Below are positions 21,257 to 30,569 of a DNA stretch of 30,569 nucleotides, one piece after another. Within the stretch, counting starts at the first letter, position 1, and every line of letters starts with the position of its first letter. Both the position numbers and the translations under genes were made by a program. This DNA comes from Zygophlyctis sp. KS116 (lineage: Eukaryota > Fungi > Chytridiomycota): positions 1-30,569 of the forward strand of contig BAAFSQ010000104.1 in assembly GCA_054661495.1 (NCBI GenBank), in the 5' to 3' direction. A model generated the notes under the pieces. It had not been told where the DNA came from. It saw nothing but the letters and a program-made list of their open reading frames with translations, and made no database searches.

Positions 21257-22343
21257 ATGTCTTTGGAAATAAATGTCTATCCTGTAATTTAGGAAATCAT
21301 AATTCATCTAGTTGACTGAATCTAATCTACGCCGTTTACAAAGCGAACAGTTTGATTCTTATCATTTTTATGATTCAAAAGTTCCATTTATAGAGCAATA
21401 CATTAATCAGCAAGCGCATCTAGCAGTGACTCCAAGAAGCTGTAGGAAATCAGACTTCAAACCACGAACTGATAGCAGCGGTAAATCTAAACGTGCACAT
21501 ATGATGAAAGATAAGGATGGATGTCTATCTATAGTTACAAAGTATTTATTAAAGACTTAATATTTAGAAAGAAAAAGATATCTAGTGATCAGAGCAAAAA
21601 TCATAGATCAGGTACCATTATTAGCGTAATCATAGGAACTCATAAACCAAAGTCTACAAATGACAATAAAATCCAAAAAAAGAATCGGCTGTCGGTACTT
21701 TAGTCTATATAACCATCAGATGAAGATGTCGGACAATCCATTAAACATCAAAAGTAGACTAGGACTTTTTAACAAGGGATGTAGTAGTTCCAAGGCTCTC
21801 ATTGAACGCAGAGGTATTCTTACATTTTTCCTAAAAGAAGCATCTTTACTATCATTTGACGAAGACGGTTTTTTAAATGGATCTCCGACTAAAGACTTGA
21901 AAACTAATGATCGGACAGATCTTATTTCATCATTTTTTCAAAGCAAAAAACCATTAGTTCAGAATGCTAAATCAGATATACAGCCTAAATCCTTTAATGA
22001 ATCAAATGATTCATATCTTAAAAGCCCAAGATTTATCAAAGAAACTAATCAGAAAATGAATCTAGTAGAAAATCCTGATGACCTGTACGTGTACTATAAT
22101 TGTTTATATTTTAGATCAAGCTATAGCATGGACACATTTGGACGATGCTCTCCTAGTCAATGTAAAAATAGAAATGATTGCCAAAGTTCAAAAGTTACTC
22201 TTGATCACTCAAAGGAGAATATAAAAAAACTATCTCAATGCTACATTCCTCAACCGTGGGATTCTGTGCAATATAATCCAGTCTCTTTACCTAGAATTGG
22301 ACCATCAGCCTCAAATTTCAAGTATTCTGCCTTTCGAATTTAA
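21257..22343 (+). CDS. Uncharacterised Lys/Ser-rich protein, multi-exon
   Basis: ATG 21257 plus a 28-nt intron (21284-21311) joins ORF 21312. Further short GT-AG introns link the three overlapping ORF fragments into one frame ending at TAA 22343. Confidence 0.6.
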
Positions 22344-22373
22344 TGATTATTATATAATTTTGCTATTATCTGG

Positions 22374-22861
22374 TTACTGTACTTGTTCCTTGACTTGATC
22401 ATTCACTTGTTCCTGTACTTCTTCCTTGACTTGTTCCTGCACTTCTTCCTTGACTTCATTGTCAGATCTATATTTTAGCGCAATCTACAATGGTACATTT
22501 TAATTTTCTTCTCTGCAGACTCTTCCTCATCATTTAAACTTTGAGCAGCTCTTTTCCCTTTCCCAGTCTCACCTTTTCTTGGTTCAGACGACACCAAATC
22601 TTTTAAAAAATCTAAATTTGATACTGAATGCACAGTCTTTCTTCTATAATTTAGACTTTAGAATTACAAATGCACTAGAGTAATTTTCTTCTCTCCATGT
22701 AATGATGCAACTGTTGCTGATAACATTTCTTGTATAAACAGCTCCAAAGACTTTGAAACGCAAACAAGTGCACCTACAGCGACTCTTCCAATTTCTTCAT
22801 CTGTCCTCATAATTTGCTTGATCCTAGATGTGGGGAAAGTCGGTTTATACTTTTTCTGCAT
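22374..22861 (-). CDS. DRAP1: Histone-fold negative cofactor 2 alpha (DRAP1/Bur6-like), 3 exons
   Basis: FPTSRIKQIMRTDEEIGRVA..VSKSLELFI..KKITLVHL..LDFLKDLV. Introns at 22644-22667 and 22468-22496. Acidic repetitive tail. Confidence 0.85.
22377..22460 (-). repeat. Degenerate 12-bp coding minisatellite encoding (E/Q)V(K/Q)E repeats
   Basis: Units such as GAAGTCAAGGAA, GAAGTGCAGGAA and CAAGTCAAGGAA translate to EVKEEVQEQVKEEVQEQVNDQVKEQVQ. Confidence 0.8.
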
Positions 22862-22887
22862 TTGATTCCTTTTCGATTCCTAGCCCA

Positions 22888-23294
22888 ATGAGTGACGATT
22901 CTTGCAGTCATTCCCATGCTCCTGAAACTGAAGAAGAGACCCAAGAACAAGGTCATGCCAGACAAGAGAATAAAGATCTTGCAGACATATCTCGGTATTT
23001 AGAAGACGATAGCTTTAAAGATCAGAATACAATCAAATTACCAACTTTTCTCCTTGAAGCAAAAGCAACAACGAGAGCCAAGAGATTAGAAAAGTATTTT
23101 TTAAAGATTTAAAATTAGAGAGAAACAGTTTGCAAGCATAAAAGTTGAAAAAACGCAAGTTGAATTACTGGTAATTTTACAATTGTTAATTCTAGATTAA
23201 GGAATTGGAAATGTCAAAATTAGCTGCTGAAAAACTGCTGAAAAATAATAATGGAGATTTGAATGCAGCATTAAAGGAGTTTATTAAAATATAG
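22888..23294 (+). CDS. HYPK: Huntingtin-interacting protein K-like (NatA-associated, C-terminal UBA-like domain), 3 exons
   Basis: Removing 25-nt introns 23094-23118 and 23171-23195 gives KDLADISRY..EKQFASIKVEKTQVELLIKELEMSKLAAEKLLKNNNGDLNAALKEFI. Confidence 0.8.
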
Positions 23295-23336
23295 TGATCT
23301 AGACTAAATCATTAAGAATGTTAAGAATGAGGGTTA

Positions 23337-23566
23337 CCAATAATAAGGGTTGACCAATTGACTGAGAGCGCTGACTGATTTACATTGGCCTGAATGCCTA
23401 ATCTTGATAGGATATCCCTAATCTGGTAATCAGACAAATTAAAGAAAGCCTTGGCTTGAGTTGACTGATTCCCATCTGAAAATATTCGTGATTTTAATTT
23501 ACAGGCTACGCTTTTTGTCTCAGCGGAACAAGTGCCACTATGAAGCAGCACCGCTGCCATCCTTAA
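23337..23566 (+). promoter_or_regulatory. Candidate cyclin upstream regulatory region: 3 CCAAT boxes, 3 TGACTGA motifs, a hairpin and a uORF
   Basis: CCAAT at 23337 and 23354, ATTGG at 23384; TGACTGA at 23359, 23372 and 23462; stem at 23521-23556; uORF at 23540-23566. Confidence 0.4.
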
Positions 23567-23596
23567 TTACAATCCTTTTGATTTTTTAATTCTATA

Positions 23597-24277
23597 ATGT
23601 CTGGGGATCCTAGCAAGTTTTCTAGATTTGTAACATCAATGGTCTTTCAATTATTACATAGATCTCCAAAATCTAAACTTTCAAATAATGGAATTCCACC
23701 ATCTCCGCCTCTGAATAATCAGTTGGATACAGATCTGGTTTATTTATCTCTTGATATTATGGATCATGCACCTCAGATTTTATATTGTATTCATCATATT
23801 CTTCAATGTACGGCTGAATCTATTTCTCTTGCAATAGTTGTATTGGCTTTAAAATATATAAAGAGAATCATGTTGTATAAAATCAAAATACCAAGAGTTG
23901 GATCTGAAGCTCATTTATTTTGTGTATGTTTAATTTTGGCTCATAAACAATTGGACGATCATGCTTTTAAAAATAAGACTTGGTCTAGAATAACTTTAAT
24001 TCCTGTAGATATGATTACACAAATGGAACGTGAATGTCTCTCTTGTCTTCAATTTGATTTATATGTCTCCCAAAAGGAATTTTCTCTATGGCATTCAAAT
24101 ATTCAAAGATTAGCATTAGGATGGAATCAAGGATATTCAAAAGCTTCTAGATCTCATTCAATGCCATATTATTTTAGAAAAACACCTGAAAGACTTGAAA
24201 AAAGATTATTAAATTCTAATCAAAAGCAAAGGAAACAAAGAAAGGCAAATATCTGTTTTCAATCTAATATTCTGTAA
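23597..24277 (+). CDS. Pho80/Pcl-family cyclin-like protein, intronless
   Basis: Cyclin box VVLALKYIKR..LFCVCLILAHKQLDDHAFKNKTWS..ITQMERECLSCLQFDLYV. Confidence 0.85.
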   Translation: MSGDPSKFSRFVTSMVFQLLHRSPKSKLSNNGIPPSPPLNNQLDTDLVYLSLDIMDHAPQILYCIHHILQCTAESISLAIVVLALKYIKRIMLYKIKIPRVGSEAHLFCVCLILAHKQLDDHAFKNKTWSRITLIPVDMITQMERECLSCLQFDLYVSQKEFSLWHSNIQRLALGWNQGYSKASRSHSMPYYFRKTPERLEKRLLNSNQKQRKQRKANICFQSNIL

Positions 24278-24345
24278 ATAAGATTAAAGTTTTGAATAAT
24301 TTATTTCAATCATTACAGTCCTCATTGAGTCATAAATTCCGATAT

Positions 24346-25748
24346 ATGGAACGCAAAGAGTATTTTATAGCTGCAATGTTGACCGCTGTGACTAGTATTG
24401 GAGTCGTTGCATTATACAGAAATCTAAAGAGTAAACCAGGTGTAGAGTCTCCAAGAGGGATTTCAATACAAAGAGCTTCAATAAGACATTCAAGGACTAT
24501 TAATCATGATAATACAGAGGCCCAGAGTATGATAGAAGAAGGTCCAACGATTTTAAATGCATTATATATACATTCTCAAGAGTCTGCAAGACAAGGTAGA
24601 TTGTATTTATAAGACTAGATGCGTGTATTCATAGGTCAATTACATGTAATCATTGCTCTATTTCTCCAATCAGAGGTACAAGATACAAATGTGCAAACTG
24701 TGCTGATTTTGACTTGTGTTCAATGTGTGAAGATCTGGAAATACATGAGCGAAATCATGTCTTTATCAAAATTAGGATACCGATTCCACCATTGGCAAAT
24801 CAAAGGACACCGGTAGCTCCTGCATTTTATCCTGGAAGTTCTCTAGAGACTGGGCTCACATCAGAGGTATCAAATTTAGAATAAGAAATAGGTAAATTGG
24901 ATAGAGTTGATGCAATCTTGCCATTTTGATCTTTTTGAACTTGAAGCTCTGTTTGATCAGTTTAGATCATTAGCTTCAATGGAAAATATATCTAATCAAG
25001 GGATTTTGGGAATTACTAGATCTTGTTTTCAGAAATGTTTGGGACCAGTTGGAATGGAGATCAATCTTATTACAGATCAAGTATTTAAATTCTTTGATAG
25101 GGATAATGATTTATTGATTACATTTGGTGAATTTATTCAAGGGATGTCTGTACTATGCAAGGGGACATTTGAAGAGCGCGTCGAATGTAAGTAGTAAGTC
25201 TAATATTTAAAGGTGCGTTCAATGGTTATGATTTAGATGGAGATGGGCTTATTTCTAGAATAGAACTAAAGAAAATGTTCAAGGCGTATTTTCATTTAAG
25301 TATGGAATTAGTTAGGGATGTTGTAAAAACTATGGAAACAGAACTGGTGGAAAATTTTGATGAATTTGATGCAAAACCAGTCTCATCTTCTTTTAATGCT
25401 CCAATTACATCATCGGGAGAGCCATCAAATTATGATAAAGTTTTTGAAAAGGAAGATTCAAAAATTCTACATTCACCAGGTCTGAAAATTCAGACTTATA
25501 ATCCTCCTTTTTCTCCAGTAAATTTAAACACATCGCCCGTTTTGATGAATGGGAGACTTGCGTTACATAGTGAGTTTCCAGTCATGGAAGCAATGGGACA
25601 GACGGCACTAGAGGCAATGGTTAACCAAACTTTTATGGATGCATCAGCTGGAAGTAAAGACTTTCTGGATTATAATGAATTTTTCAAGGCTGCTGAAAAG
25701 GATTCAAATTTATTGGCTTGGTTTGAGGCACTTGGTTCAGTGTTTTAG
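24346..25748 (+). CDS. N-terminal TM + ZZ-type zinc finger + EF-hand (NCS/recoverin-like) protein, 4 exons
   Basis: Hydrophobic N-terminus; spliced ZZ finger HRSITCNHCSISPIRGTRYKCANCADFDLCSMCE..H..NHVF; EF hands FDRDNDLLITFGEF and YDLDGDGLISRIEL. Introns of 23, 25 and 26 nt. Confidence 0.85.
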
Positions 25749-25785
25749 TAGCATTTCTTTGCAAGCGACTCGAATTGTTCATCTG

Positions 25786-28353
25786 TTAGTTCGCCCTCGA
25801 ATAAACGCAATGCTTTTCTAAAAAACTATAAGACAAATAATTGTAATACCTTTTTGATCGTCTAGTTCTTCCAGTTTGGCGGTGAAAACATTCGTCTTCT
25901 TTAACTAGATGCGCATTTCTGAGCAAAATTGACAGCCATGGTAGCATTTCAGTGATAAAACAGCGTGGAACTTGGATTGAACTATCCCAAAACAAAAGAT
26001 TTGACACATCATTTAATCTTGACTTCATATATGGCCATTTAGGAAAATCATAGTATGGCAAAACGGCAGCGTCTTTAGATTGAGGCCTTTCTTTTTCTGA
26101 ATTACTGGCCAAAACCGTGATGCTTTCGACAATTTCTAATTGGCATTGGATATCCCTAAATGACGTTTCAGTAGAAGGTGGTTGATTATCGGCAAGAAGA
26201 GGAAAGAGGAAACATAAATCACTCCAGCTCTTGTGATTCTGAAAATCTGTATCTCGGTTCTTTTCCTCAGTATTAAAAAAATTACCGAGAAATAAGATGA
26301 TCTGATTTTGAAGTCATTATTGGAAATTGAATCACAAGTACGTAAAGCACCGTCCAAATCATTAGGAATTCCGCATGCACTCCAGATTTGAATTTCGTCT
26401 GAACAAATTGGAGATGTACAATCCAATTCATCTATCTTGTAAAAATTAAAACCATCTGCATCATTTAAAACCATAGGAGTATCTATCTTAGTAGAGATCT
26501 GTAAGAACAAAATAATCTGCCGAATATCGCTTTTAAACCGGGAGAATATTTTCTCGAATAACAATGGTTCAATCATAATTCCTTCATTTAGCAATAGCAG
26601 AGTTAAATAGCATTTGAGTTCATCTTCTTCAGGAGGGCAAATTTGGTAAATTTCAATCGATTGTAAAAGAGTCTCTAATGTACTAGAAGGGATTGCAGAA
26701 TTACTTGAAATAAGTGGATTTTCTATTAGTTAAAACTGAATATGGAAAATACCGTTACAGCAAAGGATTATAGGCCTCCTACTGGTTTCAAATAATGTCG
26801 AAACTCCATTCCAAAATCCTTTATCTTGCTCTGTAATTACATCAGCACTATCTAATACAATTACTGTTTTTCTAGAAGAAGCCTAAAGACAATTAACAAT
26901 CAAGGTTTCTTACGGTTTTAGCCTCTTCAGCGTTATCCTGCAGAATAGATTGATCATTATTTTGTAGACCAGCAAATCTAGGAGGTGGTGATACAGAAGA
27001 TGGTATAATTTCTGGCAGAACCACTGGTGGTCTGGGTGGAGATTCTGGTGGGGGTGCGTTTTGAATAGGTTCTTCTGCATCGGACTTCTTTATTGGCTTG
27101 AAAAAGCTGGCAATCCCGCCTTTTGGTCTTGGCTTGAAGAAGTTGGTAATATCTTTCTTCTTTTTGGTAAGCGACTGCTCTTGTTCTACTTGCTTCCGCG
27201 GCTTTTTAAGAGTTGCATTGTGATTTATATGTTCTTGGTCTACTTCAATTTCTTCATCTGAAGAATTCACAATTATCTTCTTTCTTCGTTTTTTTGGAAC
27301 CTCCTTCTTTTCTTGAAACCAATTTGCATCTATAGTCGCCTTTTTACCGCCTCCAACAAGTCGTGAAGACGTTGTTTCTCCTAAAGTTGAAATCAAATCC
27401 TTTCCAGTTCTCTTAATCCCACTATGAATTTCCAAAATACTTATATTGGCTTCTTTTGCAACTGCAGACACCAGAGCTGTTTTTCCAACCCCTGGAGGCC
27501 CAATTATCAGTTGATGTTTATTAGAAACTGACGTATCATATTCCAAATCTTCGTCGGAAATAATAAATTCATCAAAATCGTCTAGCTTGTGATACTTTGC
27601 CACTTTCTTAGGAATGGGGCGAATCTTATTCTTTGGTTTCCATTCTTCAATATATTTCAATAAACTGGATGCGTAAATTCTATTTGTAGATCCTAATATC
27701 TGTTCAGAGCATATTGGAGCATATTTGTCATTCCACTGAGCGCTACTTTCTTGATATGGACCTATTAGTCTATCGTATAATACTCGAATACATGGCTCTT
27801 GTAAAAGCTCCGTGGTGAATTGGCTGCTTAAATAGTTATCCAATTCCATCTGTGACATTCTGACAGTAGATATTTTTGATTGAGCTGTTTCACAATCTTG
27901 AATCACTACCAGGCGAGTTTGATCAGTAGATTCATAGTTAATAACATTATTGCTCCTTTTAGGAAATAATGAGAAAATATTCCCTCTTGATGGCTTATAA
28001 TAGTGGCCGACATGACAATCTTGATAAGTAGGGATCAAAGGCTCTATCAAATTCACCGTTTCATCACACTTTACGATTGCATTATTTGCTTTCTTATCAA
28101 AAAATGGATTAACGGCTTTTCCTTCCAGCAATAGTTTTGTTAAGTCATGCGATGCTTGCATTTGCTCTTTAACATCTTCATTGTTTTCTTTTTCATTATA
28201 GCTTTCATTTGCTCGTCGGACAGGTTTTTTTGGAGATGGTGGAATATCTTGCAATGCGTAATTAACAACCTTTGCCGGCCTTAAACTTCTTTTCTCAAAG
28301 AAGGAATGTATGCTCTATGATTAGTTGAAGTATGGAACCTTTTTTTCCGTCAT
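25786..28353 (-). CDS. ELG1: RFC1-like AAA+ clamp unloader, ELG1/ATAD5-like, 5 exons
   Basis: WNDKYAP, Walker A GPPGVGKT, ILEIHSGIKRTGKDL, IVLDSADV..QDKGFW, RRPIILCCN, SDIRQIILFLQ, C-terminal RTRRSKRYYNYL. First intron 28315-28338 has a weak GTTCCA donor. Confidence 0.8.
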
Positions 28354-28565
28354 TTTATTTTATTAAAGCGTCGGAGCGTCGCAGTTGATCATGATGGCAG
28401 TCTTATGATAAATATCATTAATGAACTTGATCAGATTTTATCTAGCATATGCAATCACTAATATTTACTCCTAAACAAGAATTATTTGTTTATCGGTCGT
28501 CTGGCCATCATAGAGTCAGATCTCTTCACGCCACAACGCCACATCTTGCCGTTTACAAAATTATC

Positions 28566-29127
28566 ATGGAAATCCTCATCTTGATCAGTATGATTGCAGT
28601 AGCTGTCCTAGGACAGGCTCCATCTAACCAAAATAAGTTTCAGCTAGCCGACTGTATTAGTGGAGCTCCTGATTCACTTGGACTATCTGGACCATTTAGT
28701 GAAGGGCTTGTTCCAGCCAGTTGTGTTGCCATTTGCACCCAAAGAAATCTTGAGCTTACATTCATTACTGGAGGATCAAATGCAAGATGCTATTGTGCAA
28801 ATTCTGTTCCTACTCCAAGAAAGTCAAACGATATTCTGTTTTGTCAGTCCCCATGTACAGATGGTGTAACGATAGGATGCGGATCAAATGGACTATTTGA
28901 GGGATCCCCAGCATTTGCCGTCTATGTTGTAAGTTTAATCGGTTAATATCTAGTTGGATGGAAACCAGCTGAGGACTACGCCATTCAAACTAACAGATCC
29001 ATTAACACTATTACCTCGAGCCATGTATGTCTATATTGGATTTTCAGGGATTGTTGGGATTGTTGTCTTCATTATTAGTACATTTGCTTGGATTGCAAGA
29101 GGGAAAGAAAATAGGAAAAGCAAATAA
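28566..29127 (+). CDS. Small signal-peptide + WSC domain + TM membrane protein, 2 exons
   Basis: Signal peptide MEILILISMIAVAVLG; WSC-like Cys pattern (C..SCVAIC..RCYCAN..CQSPC..GCG..AVY); 25-nt intron at 28929-28953; C-terminal TM helix and basic tail. Confidence 0.75.
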
Positions 29128-29316
29128 CTGATTCTAATCGTATCTATTGAATTGGCAGATTTAAATAGTAATCAAATATTCAATTTCAAATAGTGTTGTG
29201 ATTATTGAGATTTGCTATTGAATTGAGACTTATGTTCTAGATCTTACTCTACAACGGGATATTCAAGAGGACGTCATTACGACAGCTAACTGGGAAATTA
29301 CCTATAATCTATTGAA

Positions 29317-30569
29317 ATGGAAATGGATCGGGCTGCTAAAAGAAAATTAATAGCAAAGGCATATGAGCAACTTTCTGATAAAAGCAAGTTATCAGACACT
29401 GGTGAATATTTGGGCTTATGGGGATACTTACACAAGAGACAGACTTTAAAAAAGACACAGTCACTACCTAATAAGCATAGAGGATTAATTACTTGCTCAA
29501 ATGAGGAATATATGCAATTATATTTGAAATCAAAACGAATGAAATCAATGTTATCACAACTTCCAGTACAAACAACAACGAATCTGTCGATAGATCTGTC
29601 AAGATCTGATAATAATCTTCTTCCCGAAATTAATTCTAAAACTGAAAATGTACAAAAAATAATGGAATCTTGCCAGAAGACAATGGAAAAGTCTCAAGTA
29701 GAGGTGTCCGATCTACAATTAAATGGGCAGTTAATACAATCAGAAAAGAAATTCAAGAAAAAATCGCATTCCCGCAAGGACAAAAATACAAAAGTGCCTC
29801 AATCGCCCATAGATACGCCAAAGAGGAAAGATAAAAAGAAAAGAGTTAAAAAAGAAAGGATTTTAGATGATTTAGAAATCACAGTTTCAACACAAGAAGT
29901 CCATTATTATCAGTATTCTGCTGATGCTGATCACAATAAATTGGAAACTCCGCTAATAGTTGTGGCAGAAGACAATTTTCCAGCAATAAGTGATAATAAT
30001 GGTAGTAGTGCAAATATACTTTCAAAAGGAGGCTCTGAGTCTCAACTTTTAAATTCAGGGAATCAAGTTCAGCCCGATTATGCCCAATCATTCAATAATT
30101 TACGTCGTCAATGCCACGTTGATCATGGTATTTTCTCAAAAGTAAGAAATGCTGCTAAATTCTCACTATCTGTCCGTGATCAAATAGATACAAGACGAAC
30201 TTCTAAATCCATCGGCAACGCTGTTGATTCTCAAAATCAATTAGACAAGACTAGCCGACCAGTTAGCCATATGTCTCTTGCAGAAGATAATTCTAATGTA
30301 GGTGTTGCAGTAAAAAGCAAAAATGATTTGGTTTGTACTGAAGACGAACACAAGTTTTCTCAAAGCAACGGTCGTCGACAAAGCCACGTTGATCATGGTA
30401 TTTTCTCAAAAGTAAGAAATGCTGCTAAATTCTCACTATCTGTCCGTGATCAAATAGATACAAGACGAACTTCTAAATCCATCGGCAACGCTGTTGATTC
30501 TCAAAATCAATTAGACAAGACTAGCCGACCAGTTAGCCATATGTCTCTTGCAGAAGATAATTCTAATGT
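29317..30569 (+). CDS. Uncharacterised protein with 90-aa tandem repeat, 3'-truncated by the window end
   Basis: Stop-free frame from ATG 29317 (MEMDRAAKRKLIAKAYE) to the end of the window. Missing from the ORF track because it has no stop codon. Confidence 0.7.
   Translation, partial: MEMDRAAKRKLIAKAYEQLSDKSKLSDTGEYLGLWGYLHKRQTLKKTQSLPNKHRGLITCSNEEYMQLYLKSKRMKSMLSQLPVQTTTNLSIDLSRSDNNLLPEINSKTENVQKIMESCQKTMEKSQVEVSDLQLNGQLIQSEKKFKKKSHSRKDKNTKVPQSPIDTPKRKDKKKRVKKERILDDLEITVSTQEVHYYQYSADADHNKLETPLIVVAEDNFPAISDNNGSSANILSKGGSESQLLNSGNQVQPDYAQSFNNLRRQCHVDHGIFSKVRNAAKFSLSVRDQIDTRRTSKSIGNAVDSQNQLDKTSRPVSHMSLAEDNSNVGVAVKSKNDLVCTEDEHKFSQSNGRRQSHVDHGIFSKVRNAAKFSLSVRDQIDTRRTSKSIGNAVDSQNQLDKTSRPVSHMSLAEDNSN
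30113..30569 (+). repeat. 270-bp-period tandem repeat (about 1.7 copies visible)
   Basis: 30113-30299 is identical to 30383-30569 (187 bp, starting GCCACGTTGATCATGG). Confidence 0.95.

Noticed and set aside
22341-22346. TAATG after the stop of the unknown gene
   Set aside because: No same-strand gene follows (the next gene is convergent). This shows TAATG can arise by chance in this AT-rich DNA.
22377-22460. Repeat as a possible CRISPR-like or telomeric array
   Set aside because: It is a degenerate 12-bp unit without spacers and lies in frame within the DRAP1 C-terminal exon.
23321-23560. 79-aa minus-strand ORF between HYPK and the cyclin
   Set aside because: No recognisable motif, and the region is better explained as cyclin upstream sequence. 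It cannot be fully excluded given how compact the genome is.
26260-26285. Possible 20-nt intron in ELG1
   Set aside because: An alternative in-frame AAG acceptor gives 26 nt, which fits the size distribution better than the rare GAG acceptor. Undecidable without RNA data.
1-30569. Stop-codon reassignment, frameshifting or pseudogenisation as the cause of the fragmented ORFs
   Set aside because: Every break I examined is resolved by a short GT-AG intron. TAA, TAG and TGA all serve as terminal stops.

Overview
AT-rich, extremely compact eukaryotic nuclear DNA. The proteins look fungal, and I infer an early-diverging fungus such as a chytrid. I manually reconstruct about 20 protein-coding genes in 30.6 kb, interrupted by about 60 tiny GT-AG introns of 23-31 nt, which is why the ORF track is fragmented. 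In order: TBC+TLDc (TBC1D24-like), PP4R3/PSY2, makorin-like CCCH-RING, UTP7, DUF4604-like, phytochelatin synthase, fatty-acid-hydroxylase-family protein, full-size ABCG transporter, TBC protein with degenerate catalytic fingers, acyl-protein thioesterase, SMC6, PRO2, an unknown gene, NC2alpha/DRAP1, HYPK, Pho80/Pcl-like cyclin, TM-ZZ-EF-hand protein, ELG1/ATAD5-like ATPase, WSC membrane protein, and a 270-bp-repeat ORF running off the end. The most striking signal is operon-like packing of same-strand genes. Two conserved gene pairs have prokaryote/virus-style overlapping stop-start codons (UTP7->makorin ATGA; SMC6->PRO2 TAATG, visible only after splicing SMC6's last intron). Other tandem spacers are only 13-26 bp, one divergent pair is 26 bp apart, and one convergent pair is 2 bp apart. 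This suggests polycistronic mRNAs with translational coupling, or promoters and poly(A) signals buried in neighbouring CDSs. No rRNA, tRNA, CRISPR array or transposon was recognised.
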